From Octopus sinensis (Eukaryota): a stretch of 64,000 nucleotides of DNA. Location of the stretch: NCBI RefSeq assembly GCF_006345805.1, contig NC_043003.1:54994001-55058000 (forward strand), written 5' to 3'. The notes beneath the pieces were generated by a model. The model saw only the letters and a list, made by a program, of their open reading frames with translations, did not search any database and was not told the origin of the DNA. Numbering within the stretch: the stretch's first letter is position 1; each line of letters opens with the position of its first letter. Both the position numbers and the translations under genes were made by a program. This document shows positions 25,821-40,926 of this stretch, piece by piece.

Positions 25821-26798
25821 CTAAGCTTTTAGTTACTGGAAGTTCATGTTTTATTATACATGTTCCAGATTTATTTATTTAAATATTTATTTATTTATTT
25901 ATGTATTTATATATTTATTGCTTTATTTACAATGGCTTTTGTTCCTGTGTTTTGATTATTATATATGTGATTTGCTTTGTTTTGTTCTGATTTTCCTTCT
26001 TTTTTTTTCTTTTAAATTACATTCCAAGAAAATGTTCCTTTGTTTTCCAGCTCTCACCTATTGGGAATATAGAAAATCCGATGGCCTTGAAAGATATTAG
26101 AAGACTTTCGCTTTAAAACATTCTCCAAGAAACCAAATCTAAAGATATATTTCGAAACCTACATACATACACACCTCAAGAAATCTGCATTATATATATA
26201 TATATATATATATATATGCATACAAATGTACATACATATGCTTGCATACTGGTGTAGATATAGATTTATATAAGTAAAAGGCATCACGCATACCAAGACA
26301 AAAACTAACATAAAATACAAAAACGACAATGGAACCACAAACAAGAACAACAACAACAACAACAGCAACAGCAAGAACGACAACAACAAAAAGCGGCTAT
26401 TATGACGAGGATTGGATGTAGAATTCAGTTAGATAAAAACAAAATCGTTTCTTTGATTTTCATTCAGAATCTTCAACAATGAAACGCTATATTTGAATAC
26501 TGATGCTGAGAAACACAGTCGATATGTGTGTGTTTTTGTGCGTGTGTGTATACGTAGATACATACATATATACACATATATGCATATATATATATACACA
26601 CACACACATACACACACACACATACACACACACACATATGTATATATATATATATATATTATATATATATATATATATTATATATATATATATTATATAT
26701 AGATATTATATATATATATATATATATACATATATACATATACACATAGAGAAATATATACGTGTCCATATATATATGCATGCATGTCTGTATGTATG

Positions 26799-26829
<31 letters not shown>

Positions 26830-26847
26830 TATATAATATATTATATA

Positions 26848-26897
<50 letters not shown>

Positions 26898-27377
26898 TAT
26901 TGAGAGAGACATATACACAGACAGAGACACACATGGACACACATATATATATATGTATGTATGTATGTATATATATATATGTACGTACGTGTAGGAGTGT
27001 TCTGCGTTTTAACATGAATGTTTGTTTGCTTCAGCCTATCTATGGACATATCTTTCTGAACATTTTCCCTCAAATGCATTTGATGTATAAATAAACACAT
27101 GCATATGTACGTACAATCATGCTCAAAAGTACATACTCATTTATTCAGAGGCACACACAAATAAATGTTCCTGTCCACATATGTTTATATATAAATACAA
27201 CTATATTTGTTATATAGTACATTCCTACAGAGGAAATAATACAAAATTCGATCAGTATACTCCTAAAACATGTTATATCACCTTTTTTTTATATTATACA
27301 CGATGCATTACAATTAGACAGTTATACACTAATACAAATATACATAAATACGTGTGTGTGTAGAAGGTGGTTAGTTG

Positions 27378-27411
<34 letters not shown>

Positions 27412-27474
27412 ATGTGTGTGTGTGTGTGTCTGTGTCTGTGTGTGTGTGCCTGTGTCTGTGTGTGTGCGTGTGTA

Positions 27475-27931
27475 TACTCTTTACTCTTTTATTTGTTTCA
27501 GTCATTTGACTGCGGCCATTCGGAAGCGCCGCCTTTAGTCGAGCAAATCAAACCCAGGACTTATACTTTTGTAAACCTAGTACTTATTCTATAGGTCACT
27601 TTTGCCGAACTGCGAAGTTACGGGGACATAAACACATCACCATCGGTTGTCAAACGATTTTGGGGAGACAAGCACAGACGCACAAACACATAGACACATA
27701 TACATATAGATACATATACATATATATATACATATACATATACATATAGATACATATACATATATACGACGGGCTTGTTTCAGTTTCTGGCTACCAAATC
27801 CACTCACAAGGCTTTTGGTCGGCCTGAGGCTATAGCAGAAGACACTTGCCCAAGGTACCAAGCAGTGGGACTGAATCCGAAACCATGTGGTTGGTAAGCA
27901 AGCTACTTACCACACATCCACTCCTGCGCCT
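27475..27931 (-). mobile_element. SINE family B, full length, with internal (CA)/(TA) microsatellite and (AAGAGTA)n-type tail
   Basis: Head GGCGCAGGAGTGG..GGTAAG, internal dinucleotide run, 3' part CAGTCATTTGACTGCGGCC (plus strand), TACTCTT repeats at the end. Confidence 0.85.
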
Positions 27932-27936
27932 ATATA

Positions 27937-27969
<33 letters not shown>

Positions 27970-27971
27970 AG

Positions 27972-28295
27972 GGTAATGAATGACCATGGGATTGCACCTA
28001 GAAAGTTACCCTCCTAGACACAAGTCCGGGCACGGTTGTTTATGGAAGACCAGCAGTCGCTCATGCATACCAGCCTCCCCTCTCCATGCCACCAGTGTTA
28101 TCCAAGGGAAAGACAAAGGTCGATACAGCTTGGCACCAGTGACGTCGCAACTCATTTCTACAGCTGAGTGAACTGGAGCAACGTGAAATAAAGTGCCTTG
28201 CTCAAGAACACAACACCCAGCCCGGTCCGGGATTCGAGCTCACAACCTCACGATCGTAAGCTCGACGCTCTAACCACTGAGCCATGCGCCTTCAC
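27972..28295 (-). mobile_element. tRNA-headed SINE, family A head and CORE-like body with a distinct tail
   Basis: Homologous over its full length to 40587-40926. Confidence 0.85.
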
Positions 28296-28361
28296 TATAT
28301 ATATATATATACATATTATATATAAACACATAAGAACACACATTCACACACATGCATATAC

Positions 28362-28630
<269 letters not shown>

Positions 28631-29779
28631 AATAGATAGATGCAGTTTTACATTTTACTTGTTTTAATATTTATTCCACCAGATCTATGCATTACGTTGT
28701 AGAGTAAATCGTGAAAATTCTTCCTCAATGCTTATTTTACGTTTTGTACCTTTTTCAACGATCTCATTTGCAAACCGCTAAGTAACAGACAGGCACACAA
28801 GCCAAAACATGTTCGGCGGCGGTAAGGACACATATGAATACAAAAGCATACCATCACACACACAAATATATTCATGCACACGCACTTAGACACACACGCA
28901 TACACGTATATTCACACAGTTCCACACGTATGTAAACACACAAAGATATATATTTACATTGGTAGCTGCATTTATATATAAAGATATATACCCTAATCCT
29001 AATCACTCACATATATAATCTTACAAATACGTAAAACCTGGAAGATGAAACTTCACTCAAAGCTTACATAATTTACCAGGTGTGCTTTAATAGTATTTTA
29101 AAAGAGGTGTTATAGCATAGTCAATCACAATCTTCACTTGATAAGTTTTCTTTTGAACTTTAGAATTTCCTGTAATAGCTAATTCCCTTTCTTTGAATCT
29201 CGATAAATGTATCGACTTACAAATTAAAGAAGAATAATAAGGGTCGTACAATTTTCTCATGTATAGAATTGTTTAATATGAGTTTTTGTAAAGCAGTGAA
29301 TGCCTTTAATCGTAGATACCACTAAAATATAGGCTGGTCAAGCGGAACAGGATTTTGGTTTGGTATATCTATGCCTAATCAAGTTTAACTGGAGAATCCA
29401 CAGAATAACATCAACACCAACCAGTTCGTATTTCTCTGAGAAAGAAGGATTTAAATTGTCAACAGTGTATTTTTGTCCGAGAAGCAGAAAGAATGCATTT
29501 AAATATCAAATAATTTATTTTTTCGGTATTTCAGATTTACCCAATTGGAGGGGCAATCCGGAAGCATCAGATTCAAGTTCAAAGCATGGCCATAAACTAA
29601 CACAAACACACAGACTAACCATGGTTTATGTCAATATTATTCTCGTTGGGCTGTTATCTTAATTTTTATTCTGTCGACTATGTCATTTAGTTTGTCTGTT
29701 ACACCGCGTTCCAATAATTCCTATTGTAGCAGGAAAATTTACATGGAGTTGTTATCGCTTTACAATGACTGATAAATAA

Positions 29780-30150
29780 CTTTGAAGTGAAAGTAAGGGA
29801 TCCGTGAGAAGAGGCGACTAGAGGTATCAGGTTATAAAGCAAGACATATTTCGGACCTGATTTATAAAGCAATATAACAAAGTGTGATGCTCCAATAGTT
29901 TATAGATAGTCTCATGCAGTGCACATACCCTTTCGCCTTGGCCACAAGACAAATAGAAGCTATCTGCCAATCTTTTCCAATGGAAGGTGGTAGAGTGGTC
30001 TTCCCAGCAGACTCAGCAGATAGCCGAAAAGTTCCTATATGCGCAGCAGCTGTTTGACATAAACCAATATGTTGGCAATCCTAAGCACTGTACCAATCCA
30101 TACATGACATTTTCGGTTGTCTGCGCACACCTCAGACATATCTGACTGCC
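29780..30150 (-). mobile_element. L1/Tx1-like LINE C-terminal fragment
   Basis: CLRCAQTTENVMYGLVQC (CCHC-like zinc knuckle) followed by RLSAES..PPS..LVAKAK. Confidence 0.45.
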
Positions 30151-30949
30151 AGGATGTGGATGAAACCAATAGTGATTATGGCAACGGTGATGATGATGGT
30201 GGTGAGGAGGGGGAGAAAAAGGAGGAGGATAATGATGATGATGATTATGGACCTGATGGTGTTGCTATTAATCTGTTACACCTCTACTCCTGAGCAATTT
30301 ACGGCTAAAACATCAAATGTCCTGCACATGGAATGTTTATTTCTTTCACAACGCGATGTTTCACATCCTGGTTGTACTTTAAAAATGACAGTAATTTAAA
30401 TTAAGAACGTCAAGAATTCAACACGTAGCGTCGATCTTGTTCAGTTCGAGGAAACGAGAAAAGGGCTTATGAAAAGTCTCTCAAATCGCACTTTACCGAC
30501 TTATAGAAATGAATATGTCGGTTAATATATTATAGGAATGCCGTCACAGAAGAAACATACGTGAAGGTCATAGTTGGACTACTTTAGATGATATGCTTGT
30601 TGCATCAGGGATAACATCGGCCTAATGTACAACAACAATAACAACAGTATCAGCAACAACAAAAACCATTGGTACAACAAATAAAACCCATAGGAACATA
30701 ACATTCCGACTACACCATAACATGCATTAATTAAGTACTTTAATTGGGTAGAAGCTAAAATAATATACCTACAGATTAAAGAAATTTCATAAACTAAAAT
30801 TAAACTCGACTTGAAGAAAAATTCGAAATCATAGAATGAATAATTAATTGTATTCATGTCAAAGAAGATAGAGCAAATACACCGACAATTAAATTAGTTT
30901 AATTAATTAAGCATGAAACACAGAGGACGAGGTAGATTTGTTTGTTGGT

Positions 30950-31520
30950 TAAATGATGACAAATTCGGGCATCTTTTGCATGTGAACGAAGATTTAGTTA
31001 ACAAGAGAAAAATATTAGGGTCACTTCTTTCTTAGATAACAAATAGAAAATTAGGCCTAAGACACCAATACATGATGCCGGGTGTGTTGAAACGAAAGCA
31101 ACAAATCGAAATACAAATACATCATTTGTTAACAAGTGCAGCGCACCAACGGTACTAACGACTGCGGTTCATGCTGTTTGTATGATAGCAGTTACAACAC
31201 CAGTGTAATCACCTGTTCTATGGAGAATCTTATGTGACTGGCTTTTGTTGAAGGAGTGAGTTCGACACTGCTGCCGTCTTTAGAGTTTCCTGCCTTGATG
31301 TAGGTCCATCTAGGATCTTGAATAGCAGAAAGTCAAGTTGTTCCTTGAAATGTAATATTCATTTTGGTGTTGCGTTTATTGTTGTAATTTAGCTCCGGCT
31401 AGCTCCTAACTCTCATCAAAAGGTCCAATCATTGGTGCAGTGCGATAGGTTGTGTTCCTCGGTGATTTTGAGTACAAGCTCGTGGTAGGATCTCCCATGG
31501 TAGACAGGTCAAAGGAAAGA
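30950..31520 (-). mobile_element. RTE-like LINE 5'/endonuclease remnant
   Basis: AIQDPRW resembles the APE motif AIQE.RW; heavily degraded. Confidence 0.3.
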
Positions 31521-31624
31521 ACAACAATATCACATAGGTAACTATAGTTATGCGTAGGGCCATCAGTCCTAGAAAGAAAAAAAAGCAAACTGACAGAAAT
31601 ATCAACGTCAATTCTAAACCAACA

Positions 31625-31830
31625 AAACTTTGGAGAGGAAGGCCTTACCTCAGAGAAGTCTATGGCCGAAAATGATGTGGAAGAAAGGATAGCCTTAAAA
31701 TTGCTGAGTCTGAGCTAAGAAGGTAGGGATACAAAATTGAAATAAACGAAAATGACAGCCAAGAGTCGAGAAAAGTGGAGAAAATCGTTGATAAACTATG
31801 CTTCATAGGGAGCAAAGGGCTTAAGCAAAC
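31625..31830 (+). mobile_element. RTE-like LINE 3' end
   Basis: RGRP..W..ESELRR*GY..AKSREKWR matches the RTE C-terminus. Confidence 0.45.
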
Positions 31831-32861
31831 AAGTGCCCTAATTGAGCAGAAAAATAATGAAAAGCTTTCAAGCATTTCAGGTATATAGAACTGTGTAATT
31901 ACATATCTTCCTTTATTTAAGAAGCTCAGAAATGGGGTTTGTTCTCGGGTTTTAGTTGCAATCCATGAGCATATAGAAGTCATTCTCATATAATATCATT
32001 TAACACCACCATGTCCCAATATAAGACCATGGTCTCTCATAGGCAATATAGATACGGCTATCCCCTTTTTGTGCTGCAGTGATGCTTCTAAAATGCTGTA
32101 GAATATAAAAAGGAGCTAGAGCAACACTTGAAACCAAATTTTCAGTACATCAAGTTATACACCTGAGATATACTACTTTTGTTGTTGTTCTTGATCTTTA
32201 TGTTGTTGTCGTGCTAGTTCTTATAATGACACATGCTGTCGTTGATGTTGTTGCCCTGCTACATGTCCTACAACCAGTTGTTATGGAGTTGTTCCCCCAC
32301 GCCCGCTACATTTTTATCTGAAGCTCTTCTCCTAGGTTATTTTTGTATTGTTATTGTTGGTGTTGTTGTTGTTGTTGTTGAATATGAAGTAGGTTTTTGA
32401 TATTGTCAATGTCGTTGAAGTTCTAATAGTTGTCATAGTTTCTGTTATTATTGTAACATAATTATTGTAATTTTAGTTATCTTTGCTAGTGCTGTTCTCT
32501 CTCCTGGTGTCCTTAGATTTCTTCTTGTTGTTACTGTTGTTGTCATTACTAGGTTTGTTGTCCATGTTGTTGCTGCAAGCAACAAAATTGTTGGTGTTTA
32601 ACATTTCAAATATGAAGATAAGGATCATATCTGAAGCTATTAACTCACTGGATTTGGTCTGTAATTTGAAATATTTCAAATGGAACATCAAATATTGAGG
32701 CGTGTATATATTTGTATGCATTGGAAAATGTAAAGTTATATGCGTGTTACTCATGAGTACAACTGTATGCCTTCGATTAAACTATAAATATTTAACCATG
32801 GTCGTATAAATAGGTAGTGTGTATTCATAAGTGTATAAGTGTATATATATATATATAATAT

Positions 32862-32909
<48 letters not shown>

Positions 32910-33439
32910 AAGTATATGTGTAATTATATATATATATATATATATATATTTACACACACACACACACATGTATATATATATATATATAGACATATATATG
33001 TGGCTGTGTATATGTATGCATGCATATATGTGTGTATTTGTGTGAACATGTGTTTGTGTGAAAACCCATATATATATATAAATTTGTGCGTATGCATATA
33101 AATTTATAAATCTACACACTCACGCGCACATACACGCTTATACAGATAGAGAGCTCTGTAATATATACATATATATATATACACACACACACATATACAT
33201 AAACAGGCAAACACACATACGAATATATATGATGACATTTAGTGGAATATGTTCCTTGAGGTATAGCATGTTTCATTCGATGAAAAGTAGTTTTCAAAAT
33301 AAGCGAAAATGTACGTCGTCTCCTTTGACGTTTGTTAGTTGGAAAGAAGTGACACACACAGGGACAGCTTACTTTCGCTGTAAATGTGTGCGCACAAGCC
33401 TCAGTCCACAACCAGGCTCATAGGCACATGTACACTCTT

Positions 33440-33451
33440 ATCTATCTATCA

Positions 33452-33486
<35 letters not shown>

Positions 33487-33487
33487 C

Positions 33488-33545
<58 letters not shown>

Positions 33546-33690
33546 TTATTTATTTATGTATCTACCTATCAATCTATCTATCTATCTGTCCATCTTTCTA
33601 CCTCTCTCTCTCTCTATCTATCTATCTGTATGTATGTATGTATGTATGTATGTATGTATGTATGTATGTATGCATGTATGTATGTATACG
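33440..33690. repeat. (TATC)n-(TATG)n array
   Basis: Direct inspection. Confidence 0.95.
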
Positions 33691-34493
33691 CACATAGACA
33701 TACAGCCATTCACATACAAGCATACACGTATGCACACACCCTCTCGCACGCGCTCTGACACATACACACTCACACACACACGCACACACATATCTCATGC
33801 GGTGTGTTATTTTCCTGCATCCACCTATTATTTGACTATGATAAATGTTAAATATTAAATAATAGCTACATACATACGTGGGTGTGTGTGTGTGTGTGTG
33901 TGTGTGAGGGGGGTTTTCTTTGTGTATATGTGTGTCTGCAATCCCTAAAAGCTCCGGGGAGTGCACTGCTTTAAGCCCCTGTCTTGTTAAGCATTTTTGT
34001 AATTTTCTTTCACTTTTGCTAGTAATGGTAACGGAATAATCCCTCACAAGATATGTTGTATACTATAAGCAGGTTATACATGGTTGTCCATATAGTATAT
34101 ATGTTAATAACTCTACTTGAAGGCATGTCATATACCAAGACTTTTAAGAAAGTATTTTTATCATAAGCATTTATATAGTCTAACTGCAAAATAATGTCCG
34201 TGTACTGAACATGGTGATTTGCAAAGGCTATCTCAACAGATATTCAATAGAAATTATAGCCAAACATGATTATTTTTGTGATGTTTCGTATTCGAAACGC
34301 TACATGTAAACGAAGGATGAGATCGAACTTGAAAAATGCGTAATTGGTGTATATGCCATAAATCGGGAGTTTTTACTCCCTCATCAACACCCATCTACAG
34401 CGCGATGGATCGATCTCACCTGTAGGGAATCGACGCAGGACATTTCGAAACGATCACAGTGAGCTATAAATTTTCCCGTGTATTCTCTTTTCT

Positions 34494-34803
34494 GTGCAGG
34501 CGCAGTGGCTCAGTGGTTAGAGCATCGGACTCGCGGTCGGAGGATCGCGGTTTCGATTCCCAGACCGGGCGTTGTGTGTGTTTATTGAGCGAAAACACCT
34601 AAAAAGCTCCCGAGGCACCGGCAGAGGGTGGTGGCGACCAGTGTTGTACTCTTTCGCCACAACTTTCTCTCACTCTCTCTTTCTGTTTCTTGAGTAACGC
34701 TGCGATGGACTGGCGTCTGTTCTTCCTGGTGGGAACGCATACGCCACAGAAACCGGGATACCGGGCCCATGATCCTGGCTAGGCTTGAAAAGGGTGACGA
34801 ATT
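34494..34803 (+). mobile_element. tRNA-headed SINE, family A
   Basis: GGCGCAGTGGCTCAGTGGTTAGAGCATCGGACTCGCGG..GGTTTCGATTCC; tail CTGGCTAGGCTTGAAAAGGG. Confidence 0.9.
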
Positions 34804-35589
34804 CTATTTTCCGTCTTAGTTATTTGTTATATGTGCGTGCGTGCGTGCGTGTGTGTGTGTGTGTATGTGTGTGTGTGTGTGTGTGTGTATACATATTTCT
34901 GTACCCCTGTATCAGATCAGGAATCTCATCGTATGCAGGAGAGACCTGCTGCTAGTCCCATGTACTCATGGCTCTCCCACATGAGCAGGATTCCAAAAAC
35001 AAGATCTGTCGAAGGACGGATGAGTAACTTTGGGGACAACCGCCTTCCAGATTTTGAACGAAATTGCAAACCACCCGCAATATCTTTTCCAACAAAGCAC
35101 AATACGAAGGTTAGAGAGAAGCAACGCTATGATTTCATCCGATTAGAGAAACCGCGGTTAATCAGGTAGACTAAATTTGAAAGGCTATCAACGCGCTGCA
35201 GAAAGCATACAATACCTAACAGAATGGTGACCTTTGTTATTGCATTTTACCTCTGTGTGTTTATACGCATGTATGTGAGTATATGTATATAAATGTGCAG
35301 TTATACGTACATATATACATATACATAAGAAAAAGACGGTGCTGTATGTTTAATCAAATAGAATTGCACGAAAGAAATCGCCGAAAATATTCTAATGAGA
35401 GTTGAAACTAATCGTATAGTTTATTGGATATTTAGTTTCCGTATTCTTTTGGTTATCTGTGAAATTCAAACAACACTAACTATTTTTTCACTAAAATTTC
35501 TGTATATGGCTTCTCTTGTGATATTTAATCCTAAGAACAGTTTGATCAATATCTTGTCTTATTTATGTGTTTATATGCATGTACTTATA

Positions 35590-35894
35590 CGTATATGTAT
35601 ATATACATATATACATATATATATATATAATATATATATATATATATAATATATATATATATATGTATATATATAAATAATATAAATATAAATATATATA
35701 TATATATTATATATATATATATGTATATATATAAATAAATATAATATAACTATATATATAATATATATATGTATATATATATGTATGTATGTATGTATGC
35801 GTGTTTATGCGGTATATGTATATAAATGTGTATTTATACGTACATATATGCATATATATAAATATGAATAAATATATACATATATAAATATATG

Positions 35895-35949
<55 letters not shown>

Positions 35950-36211
35950 CACACATACGCATATATATATATATATATATATATATGCATAAACGTCTGC
36001 AGTTGTACGCATGTGCATATTATATATGCATAAACGTGTGCAGTTGTACGCATGTACATATATATATATATAAGTATGCATGCATATATGCATATATATA
36101 TAGATAGATATATACCTAAACGCATGTATTTATACGAGAGTGTATATATCTATAAATGTTTGTGTTTATACGGGTGTATATGTGTATATGTATATACATG
36201 TGCATTTATAC

Positions 36212-36242
<31 letters not shown>

Positions 36243-36340
36243 AGTATGAATAAATATATACATACATATAAATATATATATACATATATTTATACACACA
36301 CACACGCACATATATATATATGTGTGTGTGTGTATACATA
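35590..36340. repeat. Degenerate (TA)n-rich low-complexity tract
   Basis: Direct inspection. Confidence 0.9.
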
Positions 36341-36821
36341 CACACAAAGAAATACTAGACATACACACTTGCTGACAAATTTCTACATACATATATCCTT
36401 TCTAAGCACCAATGTAACCCCAAATGTAATCAATAAAATTTCCCTAAACCTCCTCTCCTTAGCTACCCAAAAACCTACGCACCGCACCACTCAAACTCAC
36501 ACACTCAATGGAGACTCTAATACAACAGAGACTATATAAAATCAAGGCCAATTCTAATATATATAGCAGACCAACAATGGCTTAACTATTCGCAACATCG
36601 AAGTCACTGTCAATAATATTCCAGTTAAAGAGTAATAAATTTGTACTCTGTGAAATTATAGAAAAACCACCCATCAGATTAATATGAAAGTGTCTTTTAT
36701 TATAACTGAACATAAAAACAAATATTTGCACACACAAGCACACACACACACACACACACGCACAGACACGCACATATGAATATAATATATTCGAACAAAC
36801 ATATATATATGTGTGTGTATG

Positions 36822-36873
<52 letters not shown>

Positions 36874-37949
36874 ATCTGTATACACTATTTCGTCTAAACG
36901 TACCGCTCTCTGTTCGTCTCTTTACTCCTCGACGGTGTTAATCCCCTTGTTGCTGCGCTAGCCACTTTGCTCAATACAATACATTCTCACAACTGCATCA
37001 CCGTTGTGACATTTGAACGTAGAGCACCGATTCACCCTTTTATTTTTCTGAACTCATTCACTGAGAGAAGTTCAATCTGAATATCATCCATATTGATCAC
37101 AACATCCTGCAAAAATATAAAATGTCGTTTATATAGAATGTTTTAGAGATGTGTCCAGTGCGCTTTTGTCTTCTTTTTCTAATATTATTTCTCTTTAGTT
37201 TCTTTTTAAACATTCCAATTATTTTATTAGTTTCCCAGTTTCAGGTTCTAGCAGTTTTTCTAGTGCTGTCCATTCAAGATCTCTTTCTAAATTATAATGA
37301 CCGTGGTACTTCAAATGGTGGGTATTCTATTAATCTATAATGATCAGAATTTTGAAACTAACTATATTTACTAATTCATATTTTTTTACTGATCAAAACA
37401 GCATTTATTGATTAAACATATATGCAGCCATTTATGTTTGCTACCTTCCTAATTTTATTATCTACAAATTTTCACCATTGGAAATACCGCCGGTTGCTAG
37501 TCTAGAATCAAGGGTCCTTCATTAAAATTTGTAAAGGAAACCACGGCCTCAGTTCCACACAGAAACTGACACAGACACAGATATAGATTCACGCATACGC
37601 ATACGCACACGCACACATATATATATGTGTGAGTGTGTGTGTGTATGTGTGTATATGTGTGTGAATATCTATTTATACACACATACAATCGTGTGTGTGT
37701 GTTTGCTTGTATAAGTATGTGCATATGTATGCCTATACATACGTGTATTGCACATATCGGAATAGATATAGATGGTGTTGCAAATGAGGACCTTGTGAAT
37801 GTAGAATTTTTAAAACTCTTTAAACGCTTGACAGTTTGTGGCTGTAACCTTCTGCATAGATGTATTCTCTCTGGATTTGTGCATGCCATATTTTCTAGAT
37901 GTTCACAGGGCTGTTACTGAGGCAACAAAGTGTTAATATTGGTGTAGAT

Positions 37950-38157
37950 CTATATCTTAAGTTCTGATGGCGAAACTGCATATTTCTGATCAGTTCAGTA
38001 TATATGTTCTCTGTATCATAAGAGAATGTTTTTATCTTCTGGGCAGGACCATGTTACTTGCATATTTTAAAAATCTTGTTTTTGACATTCTACCAGTAGA
38101 CATTGTCGAATATATATGATGAGACATTCAAAAGCTGTTTGGATCGATGTTAAGCTT
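37950..38157 (-). mobile_element. Second R4/Dong LINE fragment
   Basis: SLTSIQTAFECLIIYIRQCLL is paralogous to GLRSVQTSFEYRMVSLRQHPL in the adjacent copy. Confidence 0.45.
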
Positions 38158-38204
38158 CTGTCTTTCTGTTTGTCTGTCTGCATGTATGTATGTCTCTTCT
38201 ATTT

Positions 38205-39580
38205 TTTAATTATTATAATCTTCCACTGAGGAGGAACCGGTTTCCAAAACAGATAAAAGGCTCCATATTTGGGATGTAGTTAATACAGTCGAATTTCCAT
38301 TTGGAATTTCAGAAAAGTCTTGCATATTTTTACTTTTCTACTCACAGATTGGGCTTTCAATGTACGTATCAGCCGATCAGTTTCTCATTTTGAAAATCCC
38401 AATTTATCCAGATTATCATTTAGGCATTTACTAACAAAATCTAGTGCTCTGATTATTATTGGTACGAATATGAATTCCTAGTCTGGATATAGAAGCTGGA
38501 GGTTTAGAAGCAGTTGTCCATAGGTACCCTCTTTTTCTTTGATTTTTAAAGAGATATTTATATATGCAGGGTAGTTAGCCTCTAGGGTGGTACATACTTT
38601 TGCCCCTCTGTCCCAAACAACAATATCAGGCCTGTTATGCTTACATTTGACAGACATTTTGATGGGAATAATCCACCAGTATTCCTTAGTGTTTATGAAT
38701 GTATGAAGGTATTTTCTAAGTTTATTTCAGGACAGTCTTTTTTGCGGATGGCATTGTAGATTGTTTTAGCAACAACATCGTACCGCATAAGGAGGTAGTA
38801 CCGTGACGACATTTTAGGATAGCTGCTAATCATATGCGTAATGTCTTCCACACTCTCATGCGGTTGCACCTTGGGATTAGAAGAACGTCACTGTCTCTCT
38901 TGTTCACCAGGTACTTTGTGGAAATCTCCTGTTCCTGGAATGCAAATGTGAAGCCTTCAAAGTGTGATGTAGTATAGTCTCGTGGCCGAGAGAGGCTGCG
39001 CTTCGTGTCAATTCCACTGTCTACTTCAAGCTTCCGGGCAACATACCCATGCTTGGTCTGTTTTTTGTATAGTGACTGCTTTCCATTCAGGTCTCTGATG
39101 TAAGAGAGTTCAGCTGTTTTGGGGCTGTATAGGAGATTATCAGGAAGAAAGTGCATGCTGAGGATTTCACTGCCAACTCGTACAATGTTGCTCACTTCAC
39201 TTTTTAGGACTGCATTGATATGTCTATCTTTTGCTGCTGTTGTTTAGCGGGTGTTGCCTGAGTGATACCATACGGTATTCGAAAGATGTCTGAACTGATC
39301 TCAAGCCTGTACCACCTTCATTTCTTCTTTGGTAAATCCTGTCAACATCACTGATTCTGTGGAAGTTCCCAGTTGTTGTATCGATTTTAAGTGTTTTGAT
39401 ATCTATGGAGTGGATTTCCTCTACAGACCAGTCAAGTATCCTAAATGTTGTGATTAGCACTGGTACTGCATTGTGGAATATTGTTTTGTGTAAAATGAGA
39501 GTTCCAACTACCATATTTTCCAAAGTCTGGTGTAATATTCTCGGGTCATTGTATCTTTATACACAGTACCTTCATATGAT
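38205..39580 (-). mobile_element. R4/Dong-clade (RLE) non-LTR retrotransposon, 5'-truncated pseudogene
   Basis: NAVPVL..FRILDWS.EEI..IDIKT..GNFHR.SDVDRIY..RNEGG.GL; TSHFEGFTFAFQEQEISTKY; RHDVVAKTIY; HNRPDIVVWDR (PD-(D/E)xK nuclease); KICKTFLKF; TAA-rich 3' end. Confidence 0.85.
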
Positions 39581-40532
39581 ACATTTTCGTCTATGCCTAG
39601 GTACTTGTAACATTCAATGTGTGAAATGGGGGAGATAGAGAGGTCGTTGATGCACAGATTTTGGGTTTGAGGTACTGACTTTCCATATGTATTGTTGTAT
39701 GTATGTATTTATGTATGTATGCACCCTTGTTCTTTTTGACCGGCTACATGCTTAGTAGCTCTAAGATTGTGAAGGAAAAAACAAATTTTATACCCCATTC
39801 TTTAAATCAAAAAAAAAAAGAAAAGATCTTGAAGATTTTCATTGACAAAGGTATCATGACCATTTGTTGTGTATGAATTATAGATTAGCATTCTCTTCCT
39901 TAGAACCGAAGTTCAGGCATGTTTTGCTCGGCTTGGTTGGTCCGTATTCTGCAGGTTCAATAAAAATAGATATGAAGCTGAACGTATATCCTCGGCACTG
40001 GTTTTGGAACGTCTTTATCACTGATCCATCTATGACTCCTTCCTCATATATATTTTTCCTAGCTACATTAGTAAACAGAATGCAGTTTGTCCTCACAACT
40101 TATATTTTTCTTATACTTCCACACAACGATATCTGTGAGATTGCGTATTAATTTAGTGCCTCTTTTAATATTTGACTTACCTAGTATTCTTTTGGCACAT
40201 CGGTCTCAATAAAGCCCACTCCGCCGCTTATATATTTGTCAGTGTTTTACAAATTCTTCAGGCTACATTACCATTCCTATTGGAAAGACCTTCGCTTACA
40301 CTTGGCAATAAGGCGGTTAGCTGTCTTCAGTCCTCGCATCTATGTGTATATGTATGTATTAATTTGAAACCGTGTGGCCTATTTGTTCATTGGATGCTGC
40401 ATTCATGTTCGCTAGACTGCAGGTTCAATTTCCGAAGAAAGCAGTGCGTTGTGTTCTTAAGCAAAACGCTTCATTTTACATTGCTCCAGTCCACTCTGAG
40501 ACTGACTAGTGATGATCGATCACACACATACA

Positions 40533-40574
<42 letters not shown>

Positions 40575-40586
40575 ACATATATATAC

Positions 40587-40926
40587 GTGAAGGCGCATCA
40601 TGGCTCAGTGGTTAGAGCATCGAGCTTACGATCGTGTGATTGTGAGTTCGAATCCCGGACCGGGCTGTGTGTTGTGTTCTTGAGCAAGATAGTGTATTTC
40701 ATGTTACCCCAGCTCATTCAGCTGTAGAAATGAGTTGCGACGTTACAGGTGCCAAGCTGCATCGGCCTTTGCTTTTCCCATGGATAACACTGGTGGTGTG
40801 GAGAGGGGAGGCCGGTATGCATGGGAGACTGCTGGTCTTCCATAAAGAACATTATCCGGACTTGTGCCTCGGAGAGTAACTTTCTTGGTGTAATCACATG
40901 GTCAGTCATAACCGAAGGGGGTCTCA
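40587..40926 (+). mobile_element. tRNA-headed SINE, family A head and CORE-like body
   Basis: GTGAAGGCGCATCATGGCTCAGTGGTTAGAGC..GAGTTCGAATCCC; matches 27972-28295. Confidence 0.88.

Noticed and set aside
34494-34570. tRNA-like sequences with A/B boxes (also at 12620-12694, 28220-28295 and 40587-40660)
   Set aside because: They continue into shared SINE bodies and lack a complete acceptor stem; these are SINE heads, not tRNA genes
37633-37920. ORF ending DGVANEDLVNVEFLKLFKRL.. as a possible host exon
   Set aside because: It begins in a microsatellite and adjoins an R4/Dong fragment on the other strand; no family recognised
39864-40151. 95-aa and 72-aa overlapping ORFs
   Set aside because: No recognisable domain; length within chance expectation
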